A DNA stretch of 27,531 nt. Source: Tubiluchus corallicola. Its lineage: Eukaryota; Animalia; Priapulida. The stretch is from assembly GCA_030141605.1 (NCBI GenBank), contig JAQGDQ010002464.1:1-27531 (forward strand). Direction: 5' to 3'. Made by a program: the position numbers and the translations under genes. A model generated the notes under the pieces. It was not told where the DNA came from and made no database searches. It saw nothing but the letters and a program-made list of their open reading frames with translations. Positions 10,466 to 20,039 of the stretch are shown here, one piece after another (position 1 is the first letter of the stretch; every line of letters begins with the position of its first letter).

Positions 10466-11581
10466 TTACCTTTTTCCTTTCATTAAAGCTTTTCTTATTA
10501 CAAAATCCCCATTTTTAGGGCAAGTAATTTCTAGTTTTAAAGGCCCTCTTTTTACTGTAATCCAAGCTAAACCTTTAAAAACTAGCTCTTCTCCAAAATT
10601 GATAGTTATTCTTTTAGTTATTTTTTCTAAGTTACTATAAGAGTTTCTACACTTTTTACAAGGTGGGTATAAAATTTTCTGCCCTTCTGATTTCTCTAAT
10701 TCTTTAGCTCTAATTTCATTAGTTTCATGAAAATTTAATTTACTTGATGCAAAAATTGTAAAAATAGGTTTCAATTCATTTTCATTACCAAGGGTTCTTA
10801 GTTTAATTAAATTACCAAGCAAAATAACTCTATTATTATTTATTTTAAAGGTTTTCCTGCTTATTTCTCCTGATGGTATTAAACAACTATTACAGCTTTC
10901 ACACAAAAAGTCTGATATCCTGCCACTTGGGATTAATCCTGGAGTGTCTATTAATCTTATTTTAGTTTTAGGAATCATATTTTTAATTGCTTTTAGTGTT
11001 GTTCCAGGGTATTTTGAAGTAGTTATCCTTTTTTCATTCAATATTTTATTAATTATTGTTGATTTTCCAACATTTGTAACTCCAATAATTAAAACACTAC
11101 CTCCTGATGGCAAAAAATACTTTAATTTTTTTAAAATGCCATTAGTTCCATAATTATTTTTTCCACTAGTCATAGAAATATCAAGAGGAACAATGCCTTC
11201 TTCTTCTAGTCTAAGTTTTGCCCAATTACATATCTCAGAAGGGTGTTTCTCTTCAGGAATAATATCTATTTTATTTATAACTACAATTGAGTTTTTTTCT
11301 TTTAGTATGTCTAATATTTCATCAGAAAATGAACCTTCAAAATCAATTATGTCAAAAATAGCAATTACTATATTTGTGTTTTCTATATATTTATTAATCT
11401 CATTTTTATAGTCTTCATTAGTAAGAGAAACAGGGAAATATTTGCCATAATTTTTTATTTTAAAACACCTTTGGCATAGCAAGTTTTCTTTTTCTATAAG
11501 AATAGCTTCAGGAACATATCCATCATTTTTAGGGTCAACACATTGCATCTTTATTCCGCAACCTATACATTTTTTATTCAA
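10466..11581 (-). CDS. yqeH: Ribosome biogenesis GTPase YqeH
   Basis: N-terminal CIGCG...CQRC Zn finger; circularly permuted NKID, GVTNVGKS, PGTT, DTPG. Confidence 0.9.
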   Translation of the reverse strand: MNKKCIGCGIKMQCVDPKNDGYVPEAILIEKENLLCQRCFKIKNYGKYFPVSLTNEDYKNEINKYIENTNIVIAIFDIIDFEGSFSDEILDILKEKNSIVVINKIDIIPEEKHPSEICNWAKLRLEEEGIVPLDISMTSGKNNYGTNGILKKLKYFLPSGGSVLIIGVTNVGKSTIINKILNEKRITTSKYPGTTLKAIKNMIPKTKIRLIDTPGLIPSGRISDFLCESCNSCLIPSGEISRKTFKINNNRVILLGNLIKLRTLGNENELKPIFTIFASSKLNFHETNEIRAKELEKSEGQKILYPPCKKCRNSYSNLEKITKRITINFGEELVFKGLAWITVKRGPLKLEITCPKNGDFVIRKALMKGKR

Positions 11582-11596
11582 GTTGTGCCCTCCAGA

Positions 11597-12130
11597 TTAT
11601 AATTCTTCTATGGTTATATTTGAGTTAGTGTAAATGCAAAGTTCACTTGCTATTTTCATGGCTTCACTTGCTATTTCTTTTGAGCTTAACTTAGAGTGCA
11701 TTAAAAGTGCTTTTCCAGCAGAAAAAGCATAGTTTGATCCAGAGCCGATAGCTATTATATCTTCATCTGGCTCAATAACATCTCCATTTCCAGAAATAAC
11801 TAAAATATGATTTTTATCTGATGCAATTAACATCGCTTCTAATACTCTAAGGGCTTTATCATGTCTCCATTCTTTTGCTAACTCAACAGAGGCTTTTTTT
11901 AAATTTCCTCCAAATTCATCTAATTTGTTTTCAAATTTATCAAAAAGTGCAAAAGCATCTGCTGCACTACCAGCAAACCCTGCTAAAATTGTTCCATTAT
12001 AGAGTTTTCTTACTTTTTTAGCATTTTTTTTTATTACAATATCTCCAAAAGTTACTTGCCCATCTCCAGCTATAACTACATTATCCTCTTTTTTTACAGC
12101 TAATATTGTTGTTGCATTAATTTTTTCCAT
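11597..12130 (-). CDS. hslV: ATP-dependent protease peptidase subunit HslV (ClpQ)
   Basis: ATTILAV N-terminal Thr, [19 protein letters not shown]; ATG at 12130 after GGAGG. Confidence 0.95.
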   Translation of the reverse strand: MEKINATTILAVKKEDNVVIAGDGQVTFGDIVIKKNAKKVRKLYNGTILAGFAGSAADAFALFDKFENKLDEFGGNLKKASVELAKEWRHDKALRVLEAMLIASDKNHILVISGNGDVIEPDEDIIAIGSGSNYAFSAGKALLMHSKLSSKEIASEAMKIASELCIYTNSNITIEEL

Positions 12131-12151
12131 TTTTCCTCCACAATCTATCAA

Positions 12152-13048
12152 TTATTTTAGATAGGATTTATCAAATTTTTCATAGTATTTGTTATAGTCT
12201 TCATACTTTTTTATACTTTCTAACGAGCTATATCCTAGCAAATTTTGTAGATAATATTTATTCATTCCATTTGATAGCATAATTATTCCAAAAGTATCTC
12301 TAAAAGTTTTTGGGCTAATTTCCTTAGTAATATTTGCTTTTTTCCTATATTTTTCTATTATTCTTCTTAATGATCTATCTCCTAATTTTTGGTTGTAATT
12401 ATTTGTAAATAAGGCTTTACTTAAAAAATCTTCTGAAAAAATTTCATTTTTTTTACTTATGTATTTCCCTAGCCAATAATTTGCTGTATGACTAAAAAAA
12501 ACTACTCTTGAAGTCCTTGCTTTATGAACTATTCTGATTTCATTTTCATTAAAATCTATTAAATTTAAATTTAAATTTAGTAATTCTTTTGAAGTAATTC
12601 CAGTGGAATAAAGGAGTTCTATAATTGCTCTATCTCTTATACCATTATATTTTTCTGTATCTACAGCATTACGGATGTTTTTTATTTCTTCTGAAGTAAT
12701 CGTTATTTCTATTTTTTCTTTTATATTTGGGGATGGTAAAAATAAAGCTGGGTTCGCTTTTATAATATTATGTTTTTTTAAGTATTTAAAAAAACTTTTT
12801 ATAGTTGATGTTTTTCTATTTATAGATCTTTTACTATATTCTTTATTACTAAAGTTTTTTATAAATTTTTTTATTTCAAAATCACTTATATCATCAATGT
12901 TTTTTATTTTCTCATTATCTAACAAAAAATCCCTAATTTGAAATAAATCATTTTTATATGAAACTAATGTATGGTCACTTTTATCTTCTGCTATTTGACA
13001 AAAATAAATATATTGGTTTATTAGTTTGTCAAAATTTTTTTTATCCAT
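12152..13048 (-). CDS. XerC/CodV-like tyrosine recombinase with degenerate active site
   Basis: SAM-like N-domain (HTLVSYKNDL, RSINRK...SFFKYL...NP), RDRAIIELLYSTG; between trmFO and hslV; ATG at 13048 after GAGGAG. Confidence 0.85.
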   Translation of the reverse strand: MDKKNFDKLINQYIYFCQIAEDKSDHTLVSYKNDLFQIRDFLLDNEKIKNIDDISDFEIKKFIKNFSNKEYSKRSINRKTSTIKSFFKYLKKHNIIKANPALFLPSPNIKEKIEITITSEEIKNIRNAVDTEKYNGIRDRAIIELLYSTGITSKELLNLNLNLIDFNENEIRIVHKARTSRVVFFSHTANYWLGKYISKKNEIFSEDFLSKALFTNNYNQKLGDRSLRRIIEKYRKKANITKEISPKTFRDTFGIIMLSNGMNKYYLQNLLGYSSLESIKKYEDYNKYYEKFDKSYLK

Positions 13049-13049
13049 T

Positions 13050-14372
13050 TTATTTCTCCTCAAAATAATCTGAATAATTATATTTTAAACTATCAATATA
13101 TTCTAAAGCTCGCTTTGAAATATATTTGTATCTTTCTTGTTTGTTTTTTATTTTTTTTCCTTCTAATGATTTTATTATTCCAAAGTTTGGTCCCATTGGC
13201 TGGAAATTTTTTCTTTCTTCAACAATATAATTTAAAATACTTCCAATAGCACTTGTGTTATCTATTTCTATCTCTTGGAAATTTTTAATTTTAGATAACA
13301 CATTTAATCCTGCAATTAAACCTGTTGTTATTGCTGCAACATAGCCTTCACATCCTGTTAATTGCCCTGCAAAATATATATTTTCATGACCTTTTAAACT
13401 CAAATTTTTATTTAGTAGCTTTGGAGAATTTATGTATGTATTTCTATGCATCACTCCATACCTTATAAATTCACAATTTTCAAGGCCTGGAATCATTCTA
13501 AATATTCGTTTTTGTTCTCCCCACTTTAGATTTGTTTGAAATCCTACAAGGTTATATAATTTTCCATTTTTATCATCTTGTCTTAATTGAACTACTCCAT
13601 AATCTTCACAATTTGTTTTAGGATTTATTAAGCCTTTAGGCTTTAAGGGACCAAATAATAAGGTTTTTTCACCTCTTGATGCTATTTTTTCTACAGGCAT
13701 GCAAGCTTCAAATAGCTTTTCTCTTTCAAAGCGTTTTAAAGGAACTCGTTCTCCTTTTATGAGTTCATTATAAAAATCTGTATATTCTTTTTCCGTCATT
13801 GGGCAATTTATATATTCCCCTTCTCCTTTGTCATATCTTGATTTAAAGTATACTTTTTCTTTATTAATTGATTCATAGGTTATTATAGGAGAAACTGCAT
13901 CATAAAAATATAAATAATCACTTCCTGTATACTTTTTTATGCATTTAGAAAATTCGTCTGATGTAAGTGGCCCTGTGGAAATTATTGTATAGTCAGATTT
14001 TGGAATATCACTCAGCTCTTTCCTAATTATTTTTATATTTTTATGGCTATCAAGAATTTTTGTTATTTCTTTTGAAAAATCTTCTCTTGCAACAGCTAAA
14101 GCTTGTCCAGCTGGAACTTTAGTTTTATCTGCTACTTTTATAATCAATGAATCAAGCTTTCTTAATTCTTCCTTCATTAGTCCTGAAGCATTAGTCAATA
14201 AATTAGATCCCAGTGAATTACTGCATACTAGCTCTCCTAAAAAACCACTTTCATGAGCCCCTGTTGTTTTTTTAGGTCTCATTTCGTATAGCGTAACATC
14301 TATACCATTTTTAGCAAGTTGATAAGCTGCTTCACTTCCTGCAATGCCTCCCCCAATTATCGTTATTTTCAA
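13050..14372 (-). CDS. trmFO: Folate/FAD-dependent tRNA m5U54 methyltransferase TrmFO (Gid)
   Basis: GGGIAGSEAA, ELVCSNSL, VQLRQD, GFQTNL, RYGVMHRNTY. Confidence 0.97.
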   Translation of the reverse strand: MKITIIGGGIAGSEAAYQLAKNGIDVTLYEMRPKKTTGAHESGFLGELVCSNSLGSNLLTNASGLMKEELRKLDSLIIKVADKTKVPAGQALAVAREDFSKEITKILDSHKNIKIIRKELSDIPKSDYTIISTGPLTSDEFSKCIKKYTGSDYLYFYDAVSPIITYESINKEKVYFKSRYDKGEGEYINCPMTEKEYTDFYNELIKGERVPLKRFEREKLFEACMPVEKIASRGEKTLLFGPLKPKGLINPKTNCEDYGVVQLRQDDKNGKLYNLVGFQTNLKWGEQKRIFRMIPGLENCEFIRYGVMHRNTYINSPKLLNKNLSLKGHENIYFAGQLTGCEGYVAAITTGLIAGLNVLSKIKNFQEIEIDNTSAIGSILNYIVEERKNFQPMGPNFGIIKSLEGKKIKNKQERYKYISKRALEYIDSLKYNYSDYFEEK

Positions 14373-14383
14373 AGTTTATCTCC

Positions 14384-15448
14384 TTATTTTTGCAATTTTA
14401 AATTTTTTGCTTTTCTATTATCAAATTCTTTTTTTATAAATTTTACAGTTATTTTTATTATCAAATATAAAGGAATAGCTAATAGCGCTCCTAATATACC
14501 TAGAAGGCTACCTCCAATTAATAATACAATTAAAGTAGTTAGCTCATGTATATTGACAGTTTTGCTAGTTATATAAGGAACTAAAAATACTGATTCAATA
14601 ATTTGTATTAAAAGTATCGTTATCAAAACACCAATAAATACAGGTAGTGATTGAAGTAAAGCAAATAGACATATAGGCACACCGCCTATTACAGGACCTA
14701 TATATGGAATAATGTTAGTAACTCCTATTATTACTGCAAAAAGTAAAGAATAGTTGAGCCCTATCATTTTAAACACGATAAAAACTAAAATTCCAACAAC
14801 AAAACTATCTAATATTTTTCCTAAGATATATCTTCCTAAGACAACATCTACTTCTTTAAAGTAATCTATTAGTTTATCTTTTTTTATATCTCTTAAAAAT
14901 TTTTTTCCGCCTTCTAAAATTAAGCTATAATCTTTCATTATCATAAACATAAATATTGGTGTCATTAAAAGTATAGAAAAGGAAAATTTAATTATATTAA
15001 ATCCTGATGAAAGCATAGAAGCAGAATTTTTTACAATAAATTCTCTTGATTTATTAATGATAGAATCAATATCTATTTCAAAATTTACAATAAATTTCGT
15101 GATAATTCCTTCTAATTCATTTTGATTTTCTTTTAAATAGGTTATCAAGTTATTTAACTGCTCTAAAATTAATGGGAGTAAGGAAAATAAAAAAATAGCA
15201 GTAAATGATAAAAATAAAATGAAGGTTAAAAATACAGCAATTATTCTTTTTATTTTAAATTTCATTAAAAACCTTATTATTGGTTCTAAACAATACGCTA
15301 AAACAAAAGCTATTATAAAGGGAATTAATACATCAATAATTATATTTAATATAGGTATAAAATAAGGGAGAATTTTTAATGAAAAATATAATATCATTAC
15401 AATTAATAAAATAAATATTAGTTTATTTTTAGATTGTCTTATGTTCAA
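14384..15448 (-). CDS. AI-2E family transporter
   Basis: Multi-TM; PFIIAFVLAY, NIIPYIGP, QIIES...P, GG...GILGALLAIP. Confidence 0.9.
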   Translation of the reverse strand: MNIRQSKNKLIFILLIVMILYFSLKILPYFIPILNIIIDVLIPFIIAFVLAYCLEPIIRFLMKFKIKRIIAVFLTFILFLSFTAIFLFSLLPLILEQLNNLITYLKENQNELEGIITKFIVNFEIDIDSIINKSREFIVKNSASMLSSGFNIIKFSFSILLMTPIFMFMIMKDYSLILEGGKKFLRDIKKDKLIDYFKEVDVVLGRYILGKILDSFVVGILVFIVFKMIGLNYSLLFAVIIGVTNIIPYIGPVIGGVPICLFALLQSLPVFIGVLITILLIQIIESVFLVPYITSKTVNIHELTTLIVLLIGGSLLGILGALLAIPLYLIIKITVKFIKKEFDNRKAKNLKLQK

Positions 15449-15502
15449 TTTTCCTCCTAAAGTTTGATTTTATTACTCTTGCTACAATGGTTATAAATAG
15501 AC

Positions 15503-17149
15503 CTACATTTGACATTTTATCCAAGCAAATTCATAAGAATCAAGAACTAGTACCCCATTTAAATTTTCATTTTTAATTAAATTTTTACCTTTTATATTAT
15601 TTATATTTTTTTTATTGTTAGATAAGTTATGTATAAATAATAATTTGTTACTATCATCTATTTTCTCTATTTTATATATTGATTTGTCAAAATCATCTAA
15701 TATTTTTGATTTACACCTAAATATTTTAGAATTTTCTTTTTTTATAGATATTAATTTTTTTATTTCTCCAAACAGCTGAGCTTCTATTGTATTTTTATCT
15801 GTTATAGCTAACTTTACTTTATTCCAATCCATTTTTCCTCTATTGAAAAACCTAGCATCTTTAAACCCTGTCTCCTTAATCTTTTTTTTATAGAAATTAT
15901 AGTCATTTGTCATTCCAACTTCATCTCCATAATATAAAATTGGAGATCCCTCAGTTATAAAGAGCATGGAGTACAATAATTTTATTTTTTTTACATTACC
16001 ATCTAATAAATTAAACAAACGCCCTGCAATTCCTTCTCCTTCTCTAAAGCTAAAAATCGAATCTTTTAAGTAGTGCTTATTCATTTTAGCTCTTTCATCT
16101 GCAGAAACAAACTCTAAAGTCAGCTCATCATGACATCTTAAAAAAGATAGCCATTGACAATCATTAGGTATTTTAGGCGTTGTATCTTCAGCAAGTGCTT
16201 TTTTTATATAAGTATAATCTTCTTCTGCTAGACTCAAGTAAAATTTTGGCATTAAAGGGAAGTGATATGCACTTTGGCACTCATCACTATATCCAAAATA
16301 TTTGACTACATCCTTTGGCTTCATGTTAGCTTCTGCAATAAGCAAGGTTCCTTCTTTTATTTTTTCTAACGATAATCTAAAAATCTTAAGTATATTGTGA
16401 GTATTCTCTAAATCCTCACAATTTGTTTTCTTCTTCTTTCCATAAAATGGAATTGCATCCATTCTTAGTCCATCAACACCTTTTTTTTGCCAAAATACAA
16501 GATTTTTTATCATTTCAACTAAAACTTTTGGATTTTTATAATTCAAATCAGGTTGAAAGCTATAAAATCTATGGAAAAAATAATCATCAGTTTTTTTGTT
16601 ATACTCCCAATTACTATTAACCATACCTTTAAATAATAACCTAGCCTCATTGTATTTTTTTGGGTTATCATTCCATATAAAAAAATCTCTATACTCACTT
16701 ATTTTAGAACTTCTAGCATCTTTAAACCACTCATGTTCTTCTGAAACATGGTTAACAGCTATGTCAAATAATATTCTTATTTCTCTTTTATGAGCTTCAT
16801 CTATAAACCTGTAAAATTCCTCATTTGTTCCAAGGTCTAACCTCACTTTAACATGATTACTTATATCAAAGCCTTGATCTCTCATTGGTGAATTTAATAT
16901 AGGTAATAACCAAATAGTATTAATACCTAAGTTAGACAAATAATCTAATTTTTCTATCATCTTACTAAAATTTTCTCCAAACTCGTCAACATACAAAGAA
17001 TAAATAATAGCATCTTTATACCATTCTTTATCAATATTACTTTCCTTAAAAGAAATTTTATTTTTTTCTATAAAATCTATTAAATCTTCCAGTTCTTTTT
17101 TTCCAGAATTTCCATAAATTTTTTCCCAAATTTTAATTATTTTATCCAT
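15503..17149 (-). CDS. GH13 trehalose synthase (TreS)-like protein
   Basis: WYKDAIIY, SPMRDQGFDI, NH, HRFYSFQPDLN, RMDA, AEAN, FLRCHDELTLE, YYGDE. Confidence 0.85.
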   Translation of the reverse strand: MDKIIKIWEKIYGNSGKKELEDLIDFIEKNKISFKESNIDKEWYKDAIIYSLYVDEFGENFSKMIEKLDYLSNLGINTIWLLPILNSPMRDQGFDISNHVKVRLDLGTNEEFYRFIDEAHKREIRILFDIAVNHVSEEHEWFKDARSSKISEYRDFFIWNDNPKKYNEARLLFKGMVNSNWEYNKKTDDYFFHRFYSFQPDLNYKNPKVLVEMIKNLVFWQKKGVDGLRMDAIPFYGKKKKTNCEDLENTHNILKIFRLSLEKIKEGTLLIAEANMKPKDVVKYFGYSDECQSAYHFPLMPKFYLSLAEEDYTYIKKALAEDTTPKIPNDCQWLSFLRCHDELTLEFVSADERAKMNKHYLKDSIFSFREGEGIAGRLFNLLDGNVKKIKLLYSMLFITEGSPILYYGDEVGMTNDYNFYKKKIKETGFKDARFFNRGKMDWNKVKLAITDKNTIEAQLFGEIKKLISIKKENSKIFRCKSKILDDFDKSIYKIEKIDDSNKLLFIHNLSNNKKNINNIKGKNLIKNENLNGVLVLDSYEFAWIKCQM

Positions 17150-17185
17150 AGATTTTATACCCCCTATATTAAATCTTTATCAAAG

Positions 17186-18352
17186 TTAGTTACACAACAT
17201 ATTTTTTATATCTATTATCTTGCCTTTATAAGTATAAACTCTAGGCACTCTCTTGGATATACTACATAAAATTTCATAATTTATAGTATTCAATTTTTTT
17301 GCAATATTATCAATACTGTTTTTCATTTTCGGAATATCACTGTATATGGTTACTATATCTCCATCACACACATTACAACTTGATATGTCTATAACAATAG
17401 AATCCATGCTAACTCGACCTATTACATCAACATATGCTTTTTCTTTATCAATATATATTTTTCCTTTGTTACTTAGAGCTCTAAAATAGCCATCTGCATA
17501 TCCAACTGATATAGTTGCTACTTTCATATTTTTTTTAGCTTCATAAGTAAGTCCATAATTTAACTTATCTCCTTTTAACAGAAGTCTAGTAGAGTGTATT
17601 TTGCCCTTTAGAGATAATATAGGAGATAAACTTATGTTGGATTTCTTAACATCCTGTGAAGGGTATAGTCCAAATTGTATAATTCCTGGTCTTATCATAC
17701 TATATTGACATTCAGGCATATCTATAACACTTCCACTATTAGATACATGTAATGTTTCTATATTGATGTTATTTTTTTTTAATTTATTTACAGTATTATT
17801 AAATTTTTCTATTTGCTGTTTTGAATATTCTTTATTTTTTTCATCAGATGTTGCAAAATGAGTATAAGCACCTGCTATATTTAAGTTTTTCATTTTGAAA
17901 ATTTCCGTTATCGTTTGAACACCAATATTATCTGGTCTAATCCCCATTCTATTCATACCAGTATTAATATTTATATGTATATCTTTTATAATTCCATATT
18001 TATATGCTAATTCATTTAATTTAATTGCCCTTTCTAAGGCGTTTATCGTAGGGGTAATATTATATTCTATTAATTTATCAAAATATTTTTCTTGAGTAAC
18101 TCCAAGTAATAAAATAGGAATTTCTCTATAATAATCCCTTAATTCTAAAGCTTCTGAAATACAGGCAACTGCAAAAGCATCTACACCAAAGTCTATAAAA
18201 TACTTTCCTAAAACAACTGCCCCATGTCCGTATGCATCAGCTTTTATTACAGCCATATACTTTGTATTTTCTTTTAATAACTTTTTTATATTTTTTATAT
18301 TTTTTTCTAAATTATCTATATTTATTTCCGCCCATATATCTCTTAATAACAA
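17186..18352 (-). CDS. alr: Alanine racemase
   Basis: AVIKADAYGHG PLP-lysine motif, TGMNRMG, GYADG, GRVSMD, TINYE; probable TTG start at 18352 after GAGGG (ORF track starts at 18370). Confidence 0.95.
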   Translation of the reverse strand: MLLRDIWAEINIDNLEKNIKNIKKLLKENTKYMAVIKADAYGHGAVVLGKYFIDFGVDAFAVACISEALELRDYYREIPILLLGVTQEKYFDKLIEYNITPTINALERAIKLNELAYKYGIIKDIHININTGMNRMGIRPDNIGVQTITEIFKMKNLNIAGAYTHFATSDEKNKEYSKQQIEKFNNTVNKLKKNNINIETLHVSNSGSVIDMPECQYSMIRPGIIQFGLYPSQDVKKSNISLSPILSLKGKIHSTRLLLKGDKLNYGLTYEAKKNMKVATISVGYADGYFRALSNKGKIYIDKEKAYVDVIGRVSMDSIVIDISSCNVCDGDIVTIYSDIPKMKNSIDNIAKKLNTINYEILCSISKRVPRVYTYKGKIIDIKNMLCN

Positions 18353-18396
18353 AATAATGCCCTCTTTCATTAGGTTAATATGCTTATAAATATTAA

Positions 18397-18423
18397 GAAA
18401 AAGATAAGGAAATCCTTATCTTT
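18397..18423 (-). terminator. Intrinsic terminator after the cyclophilin lipoprotein gene
   Basis: AAAGATAAGGA-AA-TCCTTATCTTT hairpin just after the stop, with a U-run on the minus strand. Confidence 0.65.
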
Positions 18424-18427
18424 AAGT

Positions 18428-19120
18428 TTACTTTACTTTACTATAAATTTCATATAAATCTGGAAATTCTTCTGGAGACTTTACTTCATAAGGCTTAAGT
18501 CCTGTAAAATACTTATCTAGTTCATCTTTCCAGTTTTGAACTTCTTCTTTATGAAGAGAAACAACAAATTCAGAAGGTCCTGTAAAAATTATTTCATAAA
18601 CACCATCTACAGTGTCTCTAAGCTCTTTAGCAACTGTTACATCATCTTCAGATATTAATTCACCAATCACTGTATAATACCCTTGCAGTTCTTGAGTTGG
18701 ACCTAATGTTATAAAAAATTGCGAACCATTAGTATCAGCACCTGCATTTGCCATTGCAACCACCCCTGCTCTATTATACGGTATCCAATCAACTATTTCA
18801 TCTTCAACTAAATATCCTGGTCCTCCTCTTCCAGTTCCAGTTGGATCTCCTCCTTGTATTACAGATCCTTCTACATATCTATGAAAAGCCACTTTATCAT
18901 GAAATCCTCTTTTAGCTAAATAGATAAAGCTTGCAACATTTTTAGGAGCTGCTTCTGGGTACAAAAACATATTAATATCACCCTTACTTGTTTTTAAAGT
19001 AGCTCTTACATCATATATTTTCTCTTTATCTTTTTTACTTAATGATTTGTTTACAGATGAACATCCAGTTAATGTTAAAACACCAGTAAGTAAAAAAAGT
19101 AAAATAATTAATTTTTTCAT
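18428..19120 (-). CDS. Cyclophilin-type PPIase, lipoprotein
   Basis: Lipobox LTGC; FHR, IQGGDPTGTG.GGPGY, AMANAG..TNGSQFFIT. Confidence 0.93.
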   Translation of the reverse strand: MKKLIILLFLLTGVLTLTGCSSVNKSLSKKDKEKIYDVRATLKTSKGDINMFLYPEAAPKNVASFIYLAKRGFHDKVAFHRYVEGSVIQGGDPTGTGRGGPGYLVEDEIVDWIPYNRAGVVAMANAGADTNGSQFFITLGPTQELQGYYTVIGELISEDDVTVAKELRDTVDGVYEIIFTGPSEFVVSLHKEEVQNWKDELDKYFTGLKPYEVKSPEEFPDLYEIYSKVK

Positions 19121-19172
19121 TTATCTCCTCCTATGTAATTAATTTTAAAGTAGTTCTCAATATTTATTTTAC

Positions 19173-19189
19173 ATGTCTAACTTAGACAT
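19173..19189. repeat. Inverted repeat upstream of the cyclophilin lipoprotein gene
   Basis: ATGTCTAA-C-TTAGACAT. Confidence 0.7.
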
Positions 19190-19211
19190 CATTAAAGACA
19201 TACAAAGTCTT

Positions 19212-19847
19212 TTATTCTAGGTTTTTATCTAGATTTGGGAAATTTGAAAAAATAATTTTATTCATTTCATCAATAAATTCTTTGTTATCATCAATAAATT
19301 CTTTATAGTTTCCTTTAACTACAATTTTTTCTATTATATCATTTTCTTTTATACTATCTAAAACTTCTTCTCCTGAAGTTAATTTCCCAAATATAGTATG
19401 TTTATTGTTAAGCCAAGGTGTATTAACATGAGTTATAAAAAATTGTGAACCATTGGTATTTGGTCCTGCATTTGCCATTGCTAGGATTCCTTTAGAGTTA
19501 AATTCTAAGTCTTTATAAAATTCATCTTTAAAGTTATAACCTGGTCCTCCAGATCCACTTCCTGTAGGATCTCCACCTTGTACCATAAAATCATTAATTA
19601 CTCTATGAAATTTTAAATTATCGTAATATCCAAGTAAAGATAAATTAATATAATTTAAAACTGTAAAAGGCGCCTTTTGAGGGTATAGCTTTATATCCAT
19701 TATTCCTTTTTCTGTGTAGATACTAACACTTAAATCAATATTTTCATTAATATTTATCATTGTTTCAAAAAATTCCTTTCTTTTTTTATTTTCACATAAC
19801 ATTAAAACGCTAATAACTAAAAAACATAAAATAATTATTTTTTTCAT
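19212..19847 (-). CDS. Cyclophilin-type PPIase, exported or membrane anchored
   Basis: N-terminal hydrophobic signal; FHRVINDFMVQGGDP, AMANAGPNTNGSQFFITH, WLNNKHTIFG. Confidence 0.95.
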   Translation of the reverse strand: MKKIIILCFLVISVLMLCENKKRKEFFETMININENIDLSVSIYTEKGIMDIKLYPQKAPFTVLNYINLSLLGYYDNLKFHRVINDFMVQGGDPTGSGSGGPGYNFKDEFYKDLEFNSKGILAMANAGPNTNGSQFFITHVNTPWLNNKHTIFGKLTSGEEVLDSIKENDIIEKIVVKGNYKEFIDDNKEFIDEMNKIIFSNFPNLDKNLE

Positions 19848-19984
19848 TTTATTCCTCCTGCGTAATTAATCATGAAGTGTTCTTTAGTATTTTAATATTC
19901 TATCTAACTTATAACTTATTAAATTAATGTATCTTAAATTTAAGTAGATTGAATGTGTAATTCAAAATTAATTACAGTTTTATA

Positions 19985-20013
19985 ATTGTAACATAATAAC
20001 AACCCCACGTCAA
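19985..20013 (-). promoter_or_regulatory. Sigma70 promoter for the PPIase pair
   Basis: Minus strand TTGACG-17 bp-TACAAT with TGn extended -10. Confidence 0.7.
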
Positions 20014-20039
20014 TAAAGAAAGGTATTCTTTTCATAATC

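Noticed and set aside
19173-19215. Sigma-E-type promoter (GTCTAA -10)
   Set aside because: The best -35 candidate (AGACTT) is imperfect and its spacing is too long
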